From the NCBI RefSeq assembly GCF_009914755.1, contig NC_060939.1: 64,000 nucleotides of DNA; one strand, written 5' to 3'. The notes beneath the pieces were generated by a model. It saw only the letters and a program-made list of their open reading frames with translations, had not been told where the DNA came from and did not search any database. Source of the DNA: the human T2T-CHM13v2.0 reference genome, Homo sapiens. Shown piece by piece: positions 1 to 12,900 of this stretch. How positions within the stretch are numbered: the first letter of the stretch is position 1; each line of letters starts with the position of its first letter. The position numbers were made by a program, and so were the translations under genes.

Positions 1-308
1 TTCCATTCCATTCCATTCGCTTCCATTCCATTCGTGTCCATTCCACTCCAGTCCATTCCATTCGTGTCCATTCCATTCCAGTCCATTCCATTTGTGTCCA
101 CTGCATTCCATTCCACTCCATTCCATATTATTCCATTACACTCCATTCCATTCTATTACTTTCATTTCCATTCAATTCCATTCCATTTGATTCCACTCCA
201 CTCGGTTTCATTCCATTTGAGTCCACTCCATTCCATTCCATTCCATTCCATTCAGTTCCATTCCATTCTGTTCCATTCCATTCCGTTCCATTGCATTCCA
301 TTCCATTC

Positions 309-2112
309 GGTACCATTCCATATGGTTCCATTCGATTCCATTCGAATCCATTCCATTCCAGTCCATTCCATTCGATTCCATTCCATTCCTTTCAATTCCA
401 TTCCATTCCATTCCATTCCACTTGATTCCACTCCATTCCCTTCCACTGCATTCCATTCGATTCCATTCCATTGCATTGCATTCCATTCCATTGGACTGCA
501 TTCCATTCGATTCCATTCCATTCGAATCAATTACATAGCAATCCATTACATTCGAGTCTATTCTATTCCGTTCCATTCGATTTCGTTCCAATCCATTCGA
601 TTCCATTCCATTCGATTCCATTCCATACTATTGCATTCCATTCTATTACATTATATTCGAATAAGTTCCATTCAAGACCATTTCTTTTGAGTCCATTCTA
701 TTTGAGTCCATTCCCTTTGATTCCATAACATTTGAGTCCATTCAATTCCATTCCTTTCGTTTCCATTCCATTTGAAGCCATTCCATTCAATTCTGTTCTA
801 CTCGACTCCAATACATTCAATTCCATTCCATCCGATTCCATTACATTCTTTTCATTTCTTATCCATTTCAAGCCATTCCACTCCATTCCATTCCACTCGT
901 TTCCTTTCCATTCGAGTCCATTCCTCTCCAGTCCATTCCATTCAATCCATTCCATTCCAGTCCATTCCATTCGAGTCCGTTCCATTCCAGTCCATTCCAT
1001 TCGAGTCAATTCCATCCCATTCGATGTCTTTCCATAACGATCCATTCCATTCTATTCCTTTCGATTCCATTCCATTCTATTTCATTCCATTCGATTCCCT
1101 TCCATTGGACTCCTTTCCATTCGAGTGCATTCCATTCCGTTCCATTTCTTTCCGTTCTGTACGATTCCTACCGTTCGATTTCATTTTGTTCCAGTCCATT
1201 CCTTTCGCGTCCATTCCATTCCATTTCACTCCATTCGATTCCATTTCACTCGATTCCACTTCGTTCCATTTCATTGCATTCCATTCTATTCAACTCTATT
1301 GCCTTCCATTCCATTCCATTCGATTACATTCCATGCGATTCCATTCGAAATCGAATCAATTACATTGCAATCCATTACTATTGAGTCCATTTTATTCCAG
1401 TCCACTGCATTCTGGTCCATTCCATTTGATTCCATTCCATTCTATTCCATTCCATACAGTTGCATTCCATTGGATTCCATTGTATATCTATAAATTCAAT
1501 TGGAGACCATTGCTTTTGAGTCCATTCTATATGATTCCATTCCATTCAAGTCCATTACATTTGGTTCAATTCCATTCCATTCCATTCCCTTCCATTCCAT
1601 TCCAGTTGATATCAATCCATTCGATTCCATTCCATTCGAGCCCATTCCATTCGAGTCCATTCCATTCGATGCCATTCCATTTGATTCTATTCCATTAGTC
1701 TCCATTCAATTCCATTAATCTCCATTCCATTCCATTCTACTCCAACTGATTCCATTCCATTCTATTCCTTTCCATTCCATTTCATTCCATTCCATTCCAT
1801 TTCATTCCATTCCATTCCATTCGCTTCCATTCCATTCGTGTCCATTCCACTCCAGTCCATTCCATTCGTGTCCATTCCATTCCAGTCCATTCCATTTGTG
1901 TCCACTGCATTCCATTCCACTCCATTCCATATTATTCCATTACACTCCATTCCGTTCTATTACTTTCATTTCCATTCAATTCCATTCCATTTGATTCCAT
2001 TCCACTCGGTTTCATTCCATTTGAGTCCACTCCATTCCATTCCATTCCATTCCATTCAGTTCCATTCCATTCTGTTCCATTCCATTCCGTTCCATTGCAT
2101 TCCATTCCATTC
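309..2112 (+). repeat. Representative 1804-bp higher-order repeat unit (KpnI to KpnI)
   Basis: GGTACC occurs at 309 and again at 2113. A unique anchor (start of the 'MSPFNSIPF' ORF) recurs at 732, 2536, 4340, 6154, 7953, 9752, 11556, 13345, 15169, 16978, 18811, 20600, 21480, 23289, 25087, 26890, 28693, 30495, 32303, 34111, 35884, 37692, 39510, 41303, 43097, 44876, 46689, 48463, 50267, 52080, 53888, 55677, 57471, 59265, 61054 and 62858. The spacings are 1773-1833 bp except one of 880 bp. Confidence 0.97.
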
Positions 2113-5100
2113 GGTACCATTCCATATTGTTCCATTCGATTCCATTCGAATCCATTCCATTCCAGTCCATTCCATTCGATTCCATTCCATTCCTTTCAAT
2201 TCCATTCCATTCCATTCCATTCCACTTGATTCCACTCCATTCCCTTCCACTGCATTCCATTCGATTCCATTCCATTGCTTTGCATTCCATTCCATTGGAT
2301 TGCATTCCATTCGATTCCATTCCATTCGAATCAATTACATAGCAATCCATTACATTCGAGTCTATTCTATTCCGTTCCATTCGATTTCGTTCCAATCCAT
2401 TCGATTCCATTCCATTCGATTCCATTCCATACTATTGCATTCCATTCGATTACATTATATTCGAATAAGTTCCATTCAAGACCATTTCTTTTGAGTCCAT
2501 TCTATTTGAGTCCATTCCCTTTGATTCCATAACATTTGAGTCCATTCAATTCCATTCCTTTCGTTTCCATTCCATTTGATGCCATTCCATTCAATTCTGT
2601 TCTACTCGACTCCAATACATTCAATTCCATTCCATCCGATTCCATTACATTCTTTTCATTTCTTATCCATTTCAAGCCATTCCACTCCATTCCATTCCAC
2701 TCGTTTCCTTTCCATTCGAGTCCATTCCTCTCCAGTCCATTCCGTTCAATCCATTCCATTCCAGTCCATTCCATTCGAGTCCGTTCCATTCCAGTCCATT
2801 CCATTCGAGTCAATTCCATCCCATTCGATGTCTTTCCATAACGATCCATTCCATTCTATTCCTTTCGATTCCATTCCATTCTATTTCATTCCATTCGATT
2901 CCCTTCCATTGGACTCCTTTCCATTCGAGTGCATTCCATTCCGTTCCATTTCTTTCCGTTCTGTACGATTCCTACCGTTCGATTTCATTTTGTTCCAGTC
3001 CATTCCTTTCGCGTCCATTCCATTCCATTTCACTCCATTCGATTCCATTTCACTCGATTCCACTTCGTTCCATTTCATTGCATTCCATTCTATTCAACTC
3101 TATTGCCTTCCATTCCATTCCATTCGATTACATTCCATGCGATTCCATTCGAAATCGAATCAATTACATTGCAATCCATTACTATTGAGTCCATTTTATT
3201 CCAGTCCACTGCATTCTGGTCCATTCCATTTGATTCCATTCCATTCTATTCCATTCCATACAGTTGCATTCCATTGGATTCCATTCTATATCTATAAATT
3301 CAATTGGATACCATTGCTTTTGAGTCCATTCTATATGATTCCATTCCATTCAAGTCCATTACATTTGGTTCAATTCCATTCCATTCCATTCCCTTCCATT
3401 CCATTCCAGTTGATATCAATACATTCGATTCCATTCCATTCGAGCACATTCCATTCGAGTCCATTCCATTCGATGCCATTCCATTTGATTCTATTCCATT
3501 AGTCTCCATTCAATTCCATTAATCTCCATTCCATTCCATTCTACTCCAACTGATTCCATTCCATTCTATTCCTTTCCATTCCATTTCATTCCATTCCATT
3601 CCATTTCATTACATTCCATTCCATTCGCTTCCATTCCATTCGTGTCCATTCCACTCCAGTCCATTCCATTCGTGTCCATTCCATTCCAGTCCATTCCATT
3701 TGTGTCCACTGCATTCCATTCCACTCCATTCCATATTATTCCATTACACTCCATTCCGTTCTATTACTTTCATTTCCATTCAATTCCATTCCATTTGATT
3801 CCATTCCACTCGGTTTCATTCCATTTGAGTCCACTCCATTCCATTCCATTCCATTCCATTCAGTTCCATTCCATTCTGTTCCATTCCATTCCGTTCCATT
3901 GCATTCCATTCCATTCGGTACCATTCCATATTGTTCCATTCGATTCCATTCGAATCCATTCCATTCCAGTCCATTCCATTCGATTCCATTCCATTCCTTT
4001 CAATTCCATTCCATTCCATTCCATTCCACTTGATTCCACTCCATTCCCTTCCACTGCATTCCATTCGATTCCATTCCATTGCTTTGCATTCCATTCCATT
4101 GGATTGCATTCCATTCGATTCCATTCCATTCGAATCAATTACATAGCAATCCATTACATTCGAGTCTATTCTATTCCGTTCCATTCGATTTCGTTCCAAT
4201 CCATTCGATTCCATTCCATTCGATTCCATTCCATACTATTGCATTCCATTCGATTACATTATATTCGAATAAGTTCCATTCAAGACCATTTCTTTTGAGT
4301 CCATTCTATTTGAGTCCATTCCCTTTGATTCCATAACATTTGAGTCCATTCAATTCCATTCCTTTCGTTTCCATTCCATTTGATGCCATTCCATTCAATT
4401 CTGTTCTACTCGACTCCAATACATTCAATTCCATTCCATCCGATTCCATTACATTCTTTTCATTTCTTATCCATTTCAAGCCATTCCACTCCATTCCATT
4501 CCACTCGTTTCCTTTCCATTCGAGTCCATTCCTCTCCAGTCCATTCCGTTCAATCCATTCCATTCCAGTCCATTCCATTCGAGTCCGTTCCATTCCAGTC
4601 CATTCCATTCGAGTCAATTCCATCCCATTCGATGTCTTTCCATAACGATCCATTCCATTCTATTCCTTTCGATTCCATTCCATTCTATTTCATTCCATTC
4701 GATTCCCTTCCATTGGACTCCTTTCCATTCGAGTGCATTCCATTCCGTTCCATTTCTTTCCGTTCTGTACGATTCCTACCGTTCGATTTCATTTTGTTCC
4801 AGTCCATTCCTTTCGCGTCCATTCCATTCCATTTCACTCCATTCGATTCCATTCCACTCGATTCCACTTCGTTCCATTTCATTGCATTCCATTCTATTCA
4901 ACTCTATTGCCTTCCATTCCATTCCATTCGATTACATTCCATGCGATTCCATTCGAAATCGAATCAATTACATTGCAATCCATTACTATTGAGTCCGTTT
5001 TATTCCAGTCCACTGCATTCTGGTCCATTCCATTTTATTCCATTCCATTTTATTCCATTCCATACAGTTGCATTCCATTGGATTCCATGCTATATCTATA

Positions 5101-5879
5101 AATTCAATTCGAGACCATTGCCTTTGAGTCCATTCTATATGATTCCATTCCATTCAAGTCCATTACATTTGGTTCAATTCCATTCCATTCCATTCCCTTC
5201 CATTCCATTCCAGTTGATATCAATCCATTCGATTCCATTCCATTCGAGCACATTCCATTCGAGTCCATTCCATTCGATGCCATTCCATTTGATTCTATTC
5301 CATTAGTCTCCATTCAATTCCATTAATCTCCATTCCATTCCATTCTACTCCAACTGATTCCATTCCATTCTATTCCTTTCCATTCCATTTCATTCCATTC
5401 CATTCCATTTCATTCCATTCCATTCCATTTCATTCCATTCCATTCCATTCGTGTCCATTCCACTCCAGTCCATTCCATTCGTGTCCATTCCATTCCAGTC
5501 CATTCCATTTGTGTCCACTGCATTCCATTCCACTCCATTCCATATTATTCCATTACACTCCATTCCATTCTATTACTTTCATTTCCATTCAATTCCATTC
5601 CATTTGATTCCATTCCACTCGGTTTCATTCCATTTGAGTCCACTCCATTCCATTCCATTCCATTCCATTCAGTTCCATTCCATTCTGTTCCATTCCATTC
5701 CGTTCCATTACATTCCATTCCATTCGGTACCATTCCATATTGTTCCATTCGATTCCATTCGAATCCATTCCATTCCGGTCCATTCCATTCGATTCCATTC
5801 AATTCATTTCAATTCCATTCCATTCCATTCCATTACATTCCACTTGATTCCTCTCCATTCCCTTCCACTGCATTCCGTT

Positions 5880-8800
5880 CGATTCCGTTCCATTGCATTA
5901 CATTCCATTCCATTGGACTGCATTCCATTCGATTCCATTCCATTCGAATCAATTACATAGCAATCCGTTACATTCGAGTCTATTCTATTCCGTTCCATTC
6001 GATTTCATTGCAATCCATTCGATTCCATTCCATTCGATTCCATTCCATACTATTGCATTCCATTCGATTACATTATATTCGAATAAGTTCCATTCAAGAC
6101 CATTTCTTTTGAGTCCATTCTATTTGAGTCCATTCCCTTTGATTCCATAACATTTGAGTCCATTCAATTCCATTCCTTTCGTTTCCATTCCATTTGATGC
6201 CATTCCATTCAATTCTGTTCTACTCGACTCCAACACATTCAATTCCATTCCATCCGATTCCATTACATTCTTTTCATTTCTTATCCATTTCAAGCCATTC
6301 CACTCCATTCCATTCCACTCGTTTCCTTTCCATTCGAGTCCATTCCTCTCCAGTCCATTCCGTTCAATCCATTCCATTCCAGTCCATTCCATTCGAGTCC
6401 GTTCCATTCCAGTCCATTCCATTCGAGTCAATTCCATCCCATTCGATGTCTTTCCATAACGATCCATTCCATTCTATTCCTTTCGATTCCATTCCATTCT
6501 ATTTCATTCCATTCGATTCCCCTCCATTGGACTCCTTTCCATTCGAGTGCATTCCATTCCGTTCCATTTCTTTCCGTTCTGTACGATTCCTACCGTTCGA
6601 TTTCATTTTGTTCCAGTCCATTCCTTTCGCGTCCATTCCATTCCATTTCACTCCATTCGATTCCATTCCACTCGATTCCACTTCGTTCCATTTCATTGCA
6701 TTCCATTCTATTCAACTCTATTGCCTTCCATTCCATTCCATTCGATTACATTCCATGCGATTCCATTCGAAATCGCATCAATTACATTGCAATCCATTAC
6801 TATTGAGTCCGTTTTATTCCAGTCCACTGCATTCTGGTCCATTCCATTTGATTCCATTCCATTCTATTCCATTCCATACAGTTGCATTCAATTGGATTCC
6901 ATTCTATATCTATAAATTCAATTCGAGACCATTGCTTTTGAGTCCATTCTATATGATTCCATTCCATTCAAGTCCATTACATTTGGTTCAATTCCATTCC
7001 ATTCGATTCCCTTCCATTCCATTTGATATCAATCCATTCGATTCCATTCCATTCGAGCACATTCCATTCGAGTCCATTCCATTCGATGCCATTCCATTTG
7101 ATTCTATTCCATTAGTCTCCATTCAATTCCATTAATCTCCATTCCATTCCATTCTACTCCAACTGATTCCATTCCATTCTATTCCTTTCCATTCCATTTC
7201 ATTCCATTCCATTCCATTTCATTCCATTCCATTCCATTCGCTTCCATTCCATTCGTGTCCATTCCACTCCAGTCCATTCCATTCGTGTCCATTCCATTCC
7301 AGTCCATTCCATTTGTGTCCTCTGCATTCCATTCCACTCCATTCCATATTATTCCATTACACTCCATTCCATTCTATTACTTTCATTTCCATTCAATTCC
7401 ATTCCATTTGATTCCATTCCACTCGGTTTCATTCCATTTGAATCCACTCCATTCCATTCCATTCCATTCCATTCAGTTCCATTCTATTCTGTTCCATTCC
7501 ATTCCGTTCCATTGCATTCCATTCCATTCGGTACCATTCCATATTGTTCCATTCGATTCCATTCGAATCCATTCCATTCCAGTCCATTCCATTCGATTCC
7601 ATTCCATTCCTTTCAATTCCATTCCATTCCATTCCATTCAACTTGATTCCACTCCATTCCCTTCCACTGCATTCCATTCGATTCCGTTCCATTGCATTGC
7701 ATTCCATTCCATTGGACTGCATTCCATTCGATTCCATTCCATTCGAATCAATTACATAGCAATCCGTTACATTCGAGTCTATTCTATTCCGTTCCATTCG
7801 ATTTCATTCCAATCCATTCGATTCCATTCCATTCGATTCCATTCCATACTATTGCATTCCATTCGATTACATTATATTCGAATAAGTTCCATTCAAGACC
7901 ATTTCTTTTGAGTCCATTCTATTTGAGTCCATTCCCTTTGATTCCATAACATTTGAGTCCATTCAATTCCATTCCTTTCGTTTCCATTCCATTTGATGCC
8001 ATTCCATTCAATTCTGTTCTACTCGACTCCAACACATTCAATTCCATTCCATCCGATTCCATTACATTCTTTTCATTTCTTATCCATTTCAAGCCATTCC
8101 ACTCCATTCCATTCCACTCGTTTCCTTTCCATTCGAGTCCATTCCTCTCCAGTCCATTCCGTTCAATCCATTCCATTCCAGTCCATTCCATTCGAGTCCG
8201 TTCCATTCCAGTCCATTCCATTCGAGTCAATTCCATCCCATTCGATGTCTTTCCATAACGATCCATTCCATTCTATTCCTTTCGATTCCATTCCATTCTA
8301 TTTCATTCCATTCGATTCCCCTCCATTGGACTCCTTTCCATTCGAGTGCATTCCATTCCGTTCCATTTCTTTCCGTTCTGTACGATTCCTACCGTTCGAT
8401 TTCATTTTGTTCCAGTCCATTCCTTTCGCGTCCATTCCATTCCATTTCACTCCATTCGATTCCATTCCACTCGATTCCACTTCGTTCCATTTCATTGCAT
8501 TCCATTCTATTCAACTCTATTGCCTTCCATTCCATTCCATTCGATTACATTCCATGCGATTCCATTCGAAATCGCATCAATTACATTGCAATCCATTACT
8601 ATTGAGTCCGTTTTATTCCAGTCCACTGCATTCTGGTCCATTCCATTTGATTCCATTCCATTCTATTCCATTCCATACAGTTGCATTCAATTGGATTCCA
8701 TTCTATATCTATAAATTCAATTCGAGACCATTGCTTTTGAGTCCATTCTATATGATTCCATTCCATTCAAGTCCATTACATTTGGTTCAATTCCATTCCA

Positions 8801-9900
8801 TTCGATTCCCTTCCATTCCATTTGATATCAATCCATTCGATTCCATTCCATTCGAGCACATTCCATTCGAGTCCATTCCATTCGATGCCATTCCATTTGA
8901 TTCTATTCCATTAGTCTCCATTCAATTCCATTAATCTCCATTCCATTCCATTCTACTCCAACTGATTCCATTCCATTCTATTCCTTTCCATTCCATTTCA
9001 TTCCATTCCATTCCATTTCATTCCATTCCATTCCATTCGCTTCCATTCCATTCGTGTCCATTCCACTCCAGTCCATTCCATTCGTGTCCATTCCATTCCA
9101 GTCCATTCCATTTGTGTCCTCTGCATTCCATTCCACTCCATTCCATATTATTCCATTACACTCCATTCCATTCTATTACTTTCATTTCCATTCAATTCCA
9201 TTCCATTTGATTCCATTCCACTCGGTTTCATTCCATTTGAATCCACTCCATTCCATTCCATTCCATTCCATTCAGTTCCATTCTATTCTGTTCCATTCCA
9301 TTCCGTTCCATTGCATTCCATTCCATTCGGTACCATTCCATATTGTTCCATTCGATTCCATTCGAATCCATTCCATTCCAGTCCATTCCATTCGATTCCA
9401 TTCCATTCCTTTCAATTCCATTCCATTCCATTCCATTCAACTTGATTCCACTCCATTCCCTTCCACTGCATTCCATTCGATTCCGTTCCATTGCATTGCA
9501 TTCCATTCCATTGGACTGCATTCCATTCGATTCCATTCCATTCGAATCAATTACATAGCAATCCGTTACATTCGAGTCTATTCTATTCCGTTCCATTCGA
9601 TTTCATTCCAATCCATTCGATTCCATTCCATTCGATTCCATTCCATACTATTGCATTCCATTCGATTACATTATATTCGAATAAGTTCCATTCAAGACCA
9701 TTTCTTTTGAGTCCATTCTATTTGAGTCCATTCCCTTTGATTCCATAACATTTGAGTCCATTCAATTCCATTCCTTTCGTTTCCATTCCATTTGATGCCA
9801 TTCCATTCAATTCTGTTCTACTCGACTCCAACACATTCAATTCCATTCCATCCGATTCCATTACATTCTTTTCATTTCTTATCCATTTCAAGCCATTCCA
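5880..9900 (+). repeat. Recent tandem duplication of a 1799-bp unit variant (two near-identical copies plus a partial third)
   Basis: Private variants repeat at 1799-bp spacing: CCCTCC (~6520, ~8319), AATCGCATC (~6771, ~8570), TTGAATCCAC (~7438, ~9237), ATCCGTTA (~5963, ~7762, ~9561) and CCAACAC (~6230, ~8029, ~9828). The ORF translations at 6194 and 7993 are identical, as are those at 7255 and 9054. Confidence 0.85.
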
Positions 9901-12900
9901 CTCCATTCCATTCCACTCGTTTCCTTTCCATTCGAGTCCATTCCTCTCCAGTCCATTCCGTTCAATCCATTCCATTCCAGTCCATTCCATTCGAGTCCGT
10001 TCCATTCCAGTCCATTCCATTCGAGTCAATTCCATCCCATTCGATGTCTTTCCATAACGATCCATTCCATTCTATTCCTTTCGATTCCATTCCATTCTAT
10101 TTCATTCCATTCGATTCCCTTCCATTGGACTCCTTTCCATTCGAGTGCATTCCATTCCGTTCCATTTCTTTCCGTTCTGTACGATTCCTACCGTTCGATT
10201 TCATTTTGTTCCAGTCCATTCCTTTCGCGTCCATTCCATTCCATTTCACTCCATTCGATTCCATTCCACTCGATTCCACTTCGTTCCATTTCATTGCATT
10301 CCATTCTATTCAACTCTATTGCCTTCCATTCCATTCCATTCGATTACATTCCATGCGATTCCATTCGAAATCGAATCAATTACATTGCAATCCATTACTA
10401 TTGAGTCCGTTTTATTCCAGTCCACTGCATTCTGGTCCATTCCATTTGATTCCATTCCATTCTATTCCATTCCATACAGTTGCATTCCATTGGATTCCAT
10501 GCTATATCTATAAATTCAATTCGAGACCATTGCTTTTGAGTCCATTCTATATGATTCCATTCCATTCAAGTCCATTACATTTGGTTCAATTCCATTCCAT
10601 TCCATTCCCTTCCATTCCATTCCAGTTGATATCAATCCATTCGATTCCATTCCATTCGAGCACATTCCATTCGAGTCCATTCCATTCGATGCCATTCCAT
10701 TTGATTCTATTCCATTAGTCTCCATTCAATTCCATTAATCTCCATTCCATTCCATTCTACTCCAACTGATTCCATTCCATTCTATTCCTTTCCATTCCAT
10801 TTCATTCCATTCCATTCCATTTCATTCCATTCCATTCCATTCGCTTCCATTCCATTCGTGTCCATTCCACTCCAGTCCATTCCATTCGTGTCCATTCCAT
10901 TCCAGTCCATTCCATTTGTGTCCACTGCATTCCATTCCACTCCATTCCATATTATTCCATTACACTCCATTCCATTCTATTACTTTCATTTCCATTCAAT
11001 TCCATTCCATTTGATTCCATTCCACTCGGTTTCATTCCATTTGAGTCCACTCCATTCCATTCCATTCCATTCCATTCAGTTCCATTCCATTCTGTTCCAT
11101 TCCATTCCGTTCCATTGCATTCCATTCCATTCGGTAACATTCCATATTGTTCCATTCGATTCCATTCGAATCCATTCCATTCCAGTCCATTCCATTCGAT
11201 TCCATTCCATTCCTTTCAATTCCATTCCATTCCATTCCATTCCACTTGATTCCACTCCATTCCCTTCCACTGCATTCCATTCGATTCCATTCCATTGCAT
11301 TGCATTCCATTCCATTGGACTGCATTCCATTCGATTCCATTCCATTCGAATCAATTACATAGCAATCCATTACATTCGAGTCTATTCTATTCCGTTCCAT
11401 TCGATTTCGTTCCAATCCATTCGATTCCATTCCATTCGATTCCATTCCATACTATTGCATTCCATTCTATTACATTATATTCGAATAAGTTCCATTCAAG
11501 ACCATTTCTTTTGAGTCCATTCTATTTGAGTCCATTCCCTTTGATTACATAACATTTGAGTCCATTCAATTCCATTCCTTTCGTTTCCATTCCATTTGAT
11601 GCCATTCCATTCAATTCTGTTCTACTCGACTCCAATACATTCAATTCCATTCCATCCGATTCCATTACATTCTTTTCATTTCTTATCCATTTCAAGCCAT
11701 TCCACTCCATTCCATTCCACTCGTTTCCTTTCCATTCGAGTCCATTCCTCTCCAGTCCATTCCGTTCAATCCATTCCATTCCAGTCCATTCCATTCGAGT
11801 CCGTTCCATTCCAGTCCATTCCATTCGAGTCAATTCCATCCCATTCGATGTCTTTCCATAACGATCCATTCCATTCTATTCCTTTCGATTCCATTCCATT
11901 CTATTTCATTCCATTCGATTCCCTTCCATTGGACTCCTTTCCATTCGAGTGCATTCCATTCCGTTCCATTTCTTTCCGTTCTGTACGATTCCTACCGTTC
12001 GATTTCATTTTGTTCCAGTCCATTCCTTTCGCGTCCATTCCATTCCATTTCACTCCATTCGATTCCATTCCACTCGATTCCACTTCGTTCCATTTCATTG
12101 CATTCCATTCTATTCAACTCTATTGCCTTCCATTCCATTCCATTCGATTACATTCCATGCGATTCCATTCGAAATCGAATCAATTACATTGCAATCCATT
12201 ACTATTGAGTCAGTTTTATTCCAGTCCACTGCATTCTGGTCCATTCCATTTGATTCCATTCCATTCTATTCCATTCCATACAGTTGCATTCCATTGGATT
12301 CCATGCTATATCTATAAATTCAATTCGAGACCATTGCTTTTGAGTCCATTCTATATGATTCCATTCCATTCAAGTCCATTACATTTGGTTCAATTCCATT
12401 CCATTCCATTCCCTTCCATTCCATTCCAGTTGATATCAATCCATTCGATTCCATTCCATTCGAGCACATTCCATTCGAGTCCATTCCATTCGATGCCATT
12501 CCATTTGATTCTATTCCATTAGTCTCCATTCAATTCCATTAATCTCCATTCCATTCCATTCTACTCCAACTGATTCCATTCCATTCTATTCCTTTCCATT
12601 CCATTTCATTCCATTCCATTCCATTTCATTCCATTCCATTCCATTCGCTTCCATTCCATTCGTGTCCATTCCACTCCAGTCCATTCCATTCGTGTCCATT
12701 CTATTCCAGTCCATTCCATTTGTGTCCACTGCATTCCATTCCACTCCATTCCATATTATTCCATTACACTCCATTCCATTCTATTACTTTCATTTCCATT
12801 CAATTCCATTCCATTTGATTCCTTTCCACTCGGTTTCATTCCATTTGGGTCCACTCCATTCCATTCAGTTCCATTCTATTCTGTTCCATTCCATTCCGTT

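Noticed and set aside
1482-1500. TATA-like TATATCTATAAA once per unit as a promoter
   Set aside because: It is an AT-rich decay of the pentamer, paralogous to TTATATTCGAATAAG at ~651. No supporting promoter context is visible and it is mutated in several units.
6154-9752. Near-identical adjacent units as evidence of functional conservation
   Set aside because: This is more simply explained by very recent tandem duplication, or by an assembly duplication that cannot be excluded without reads.
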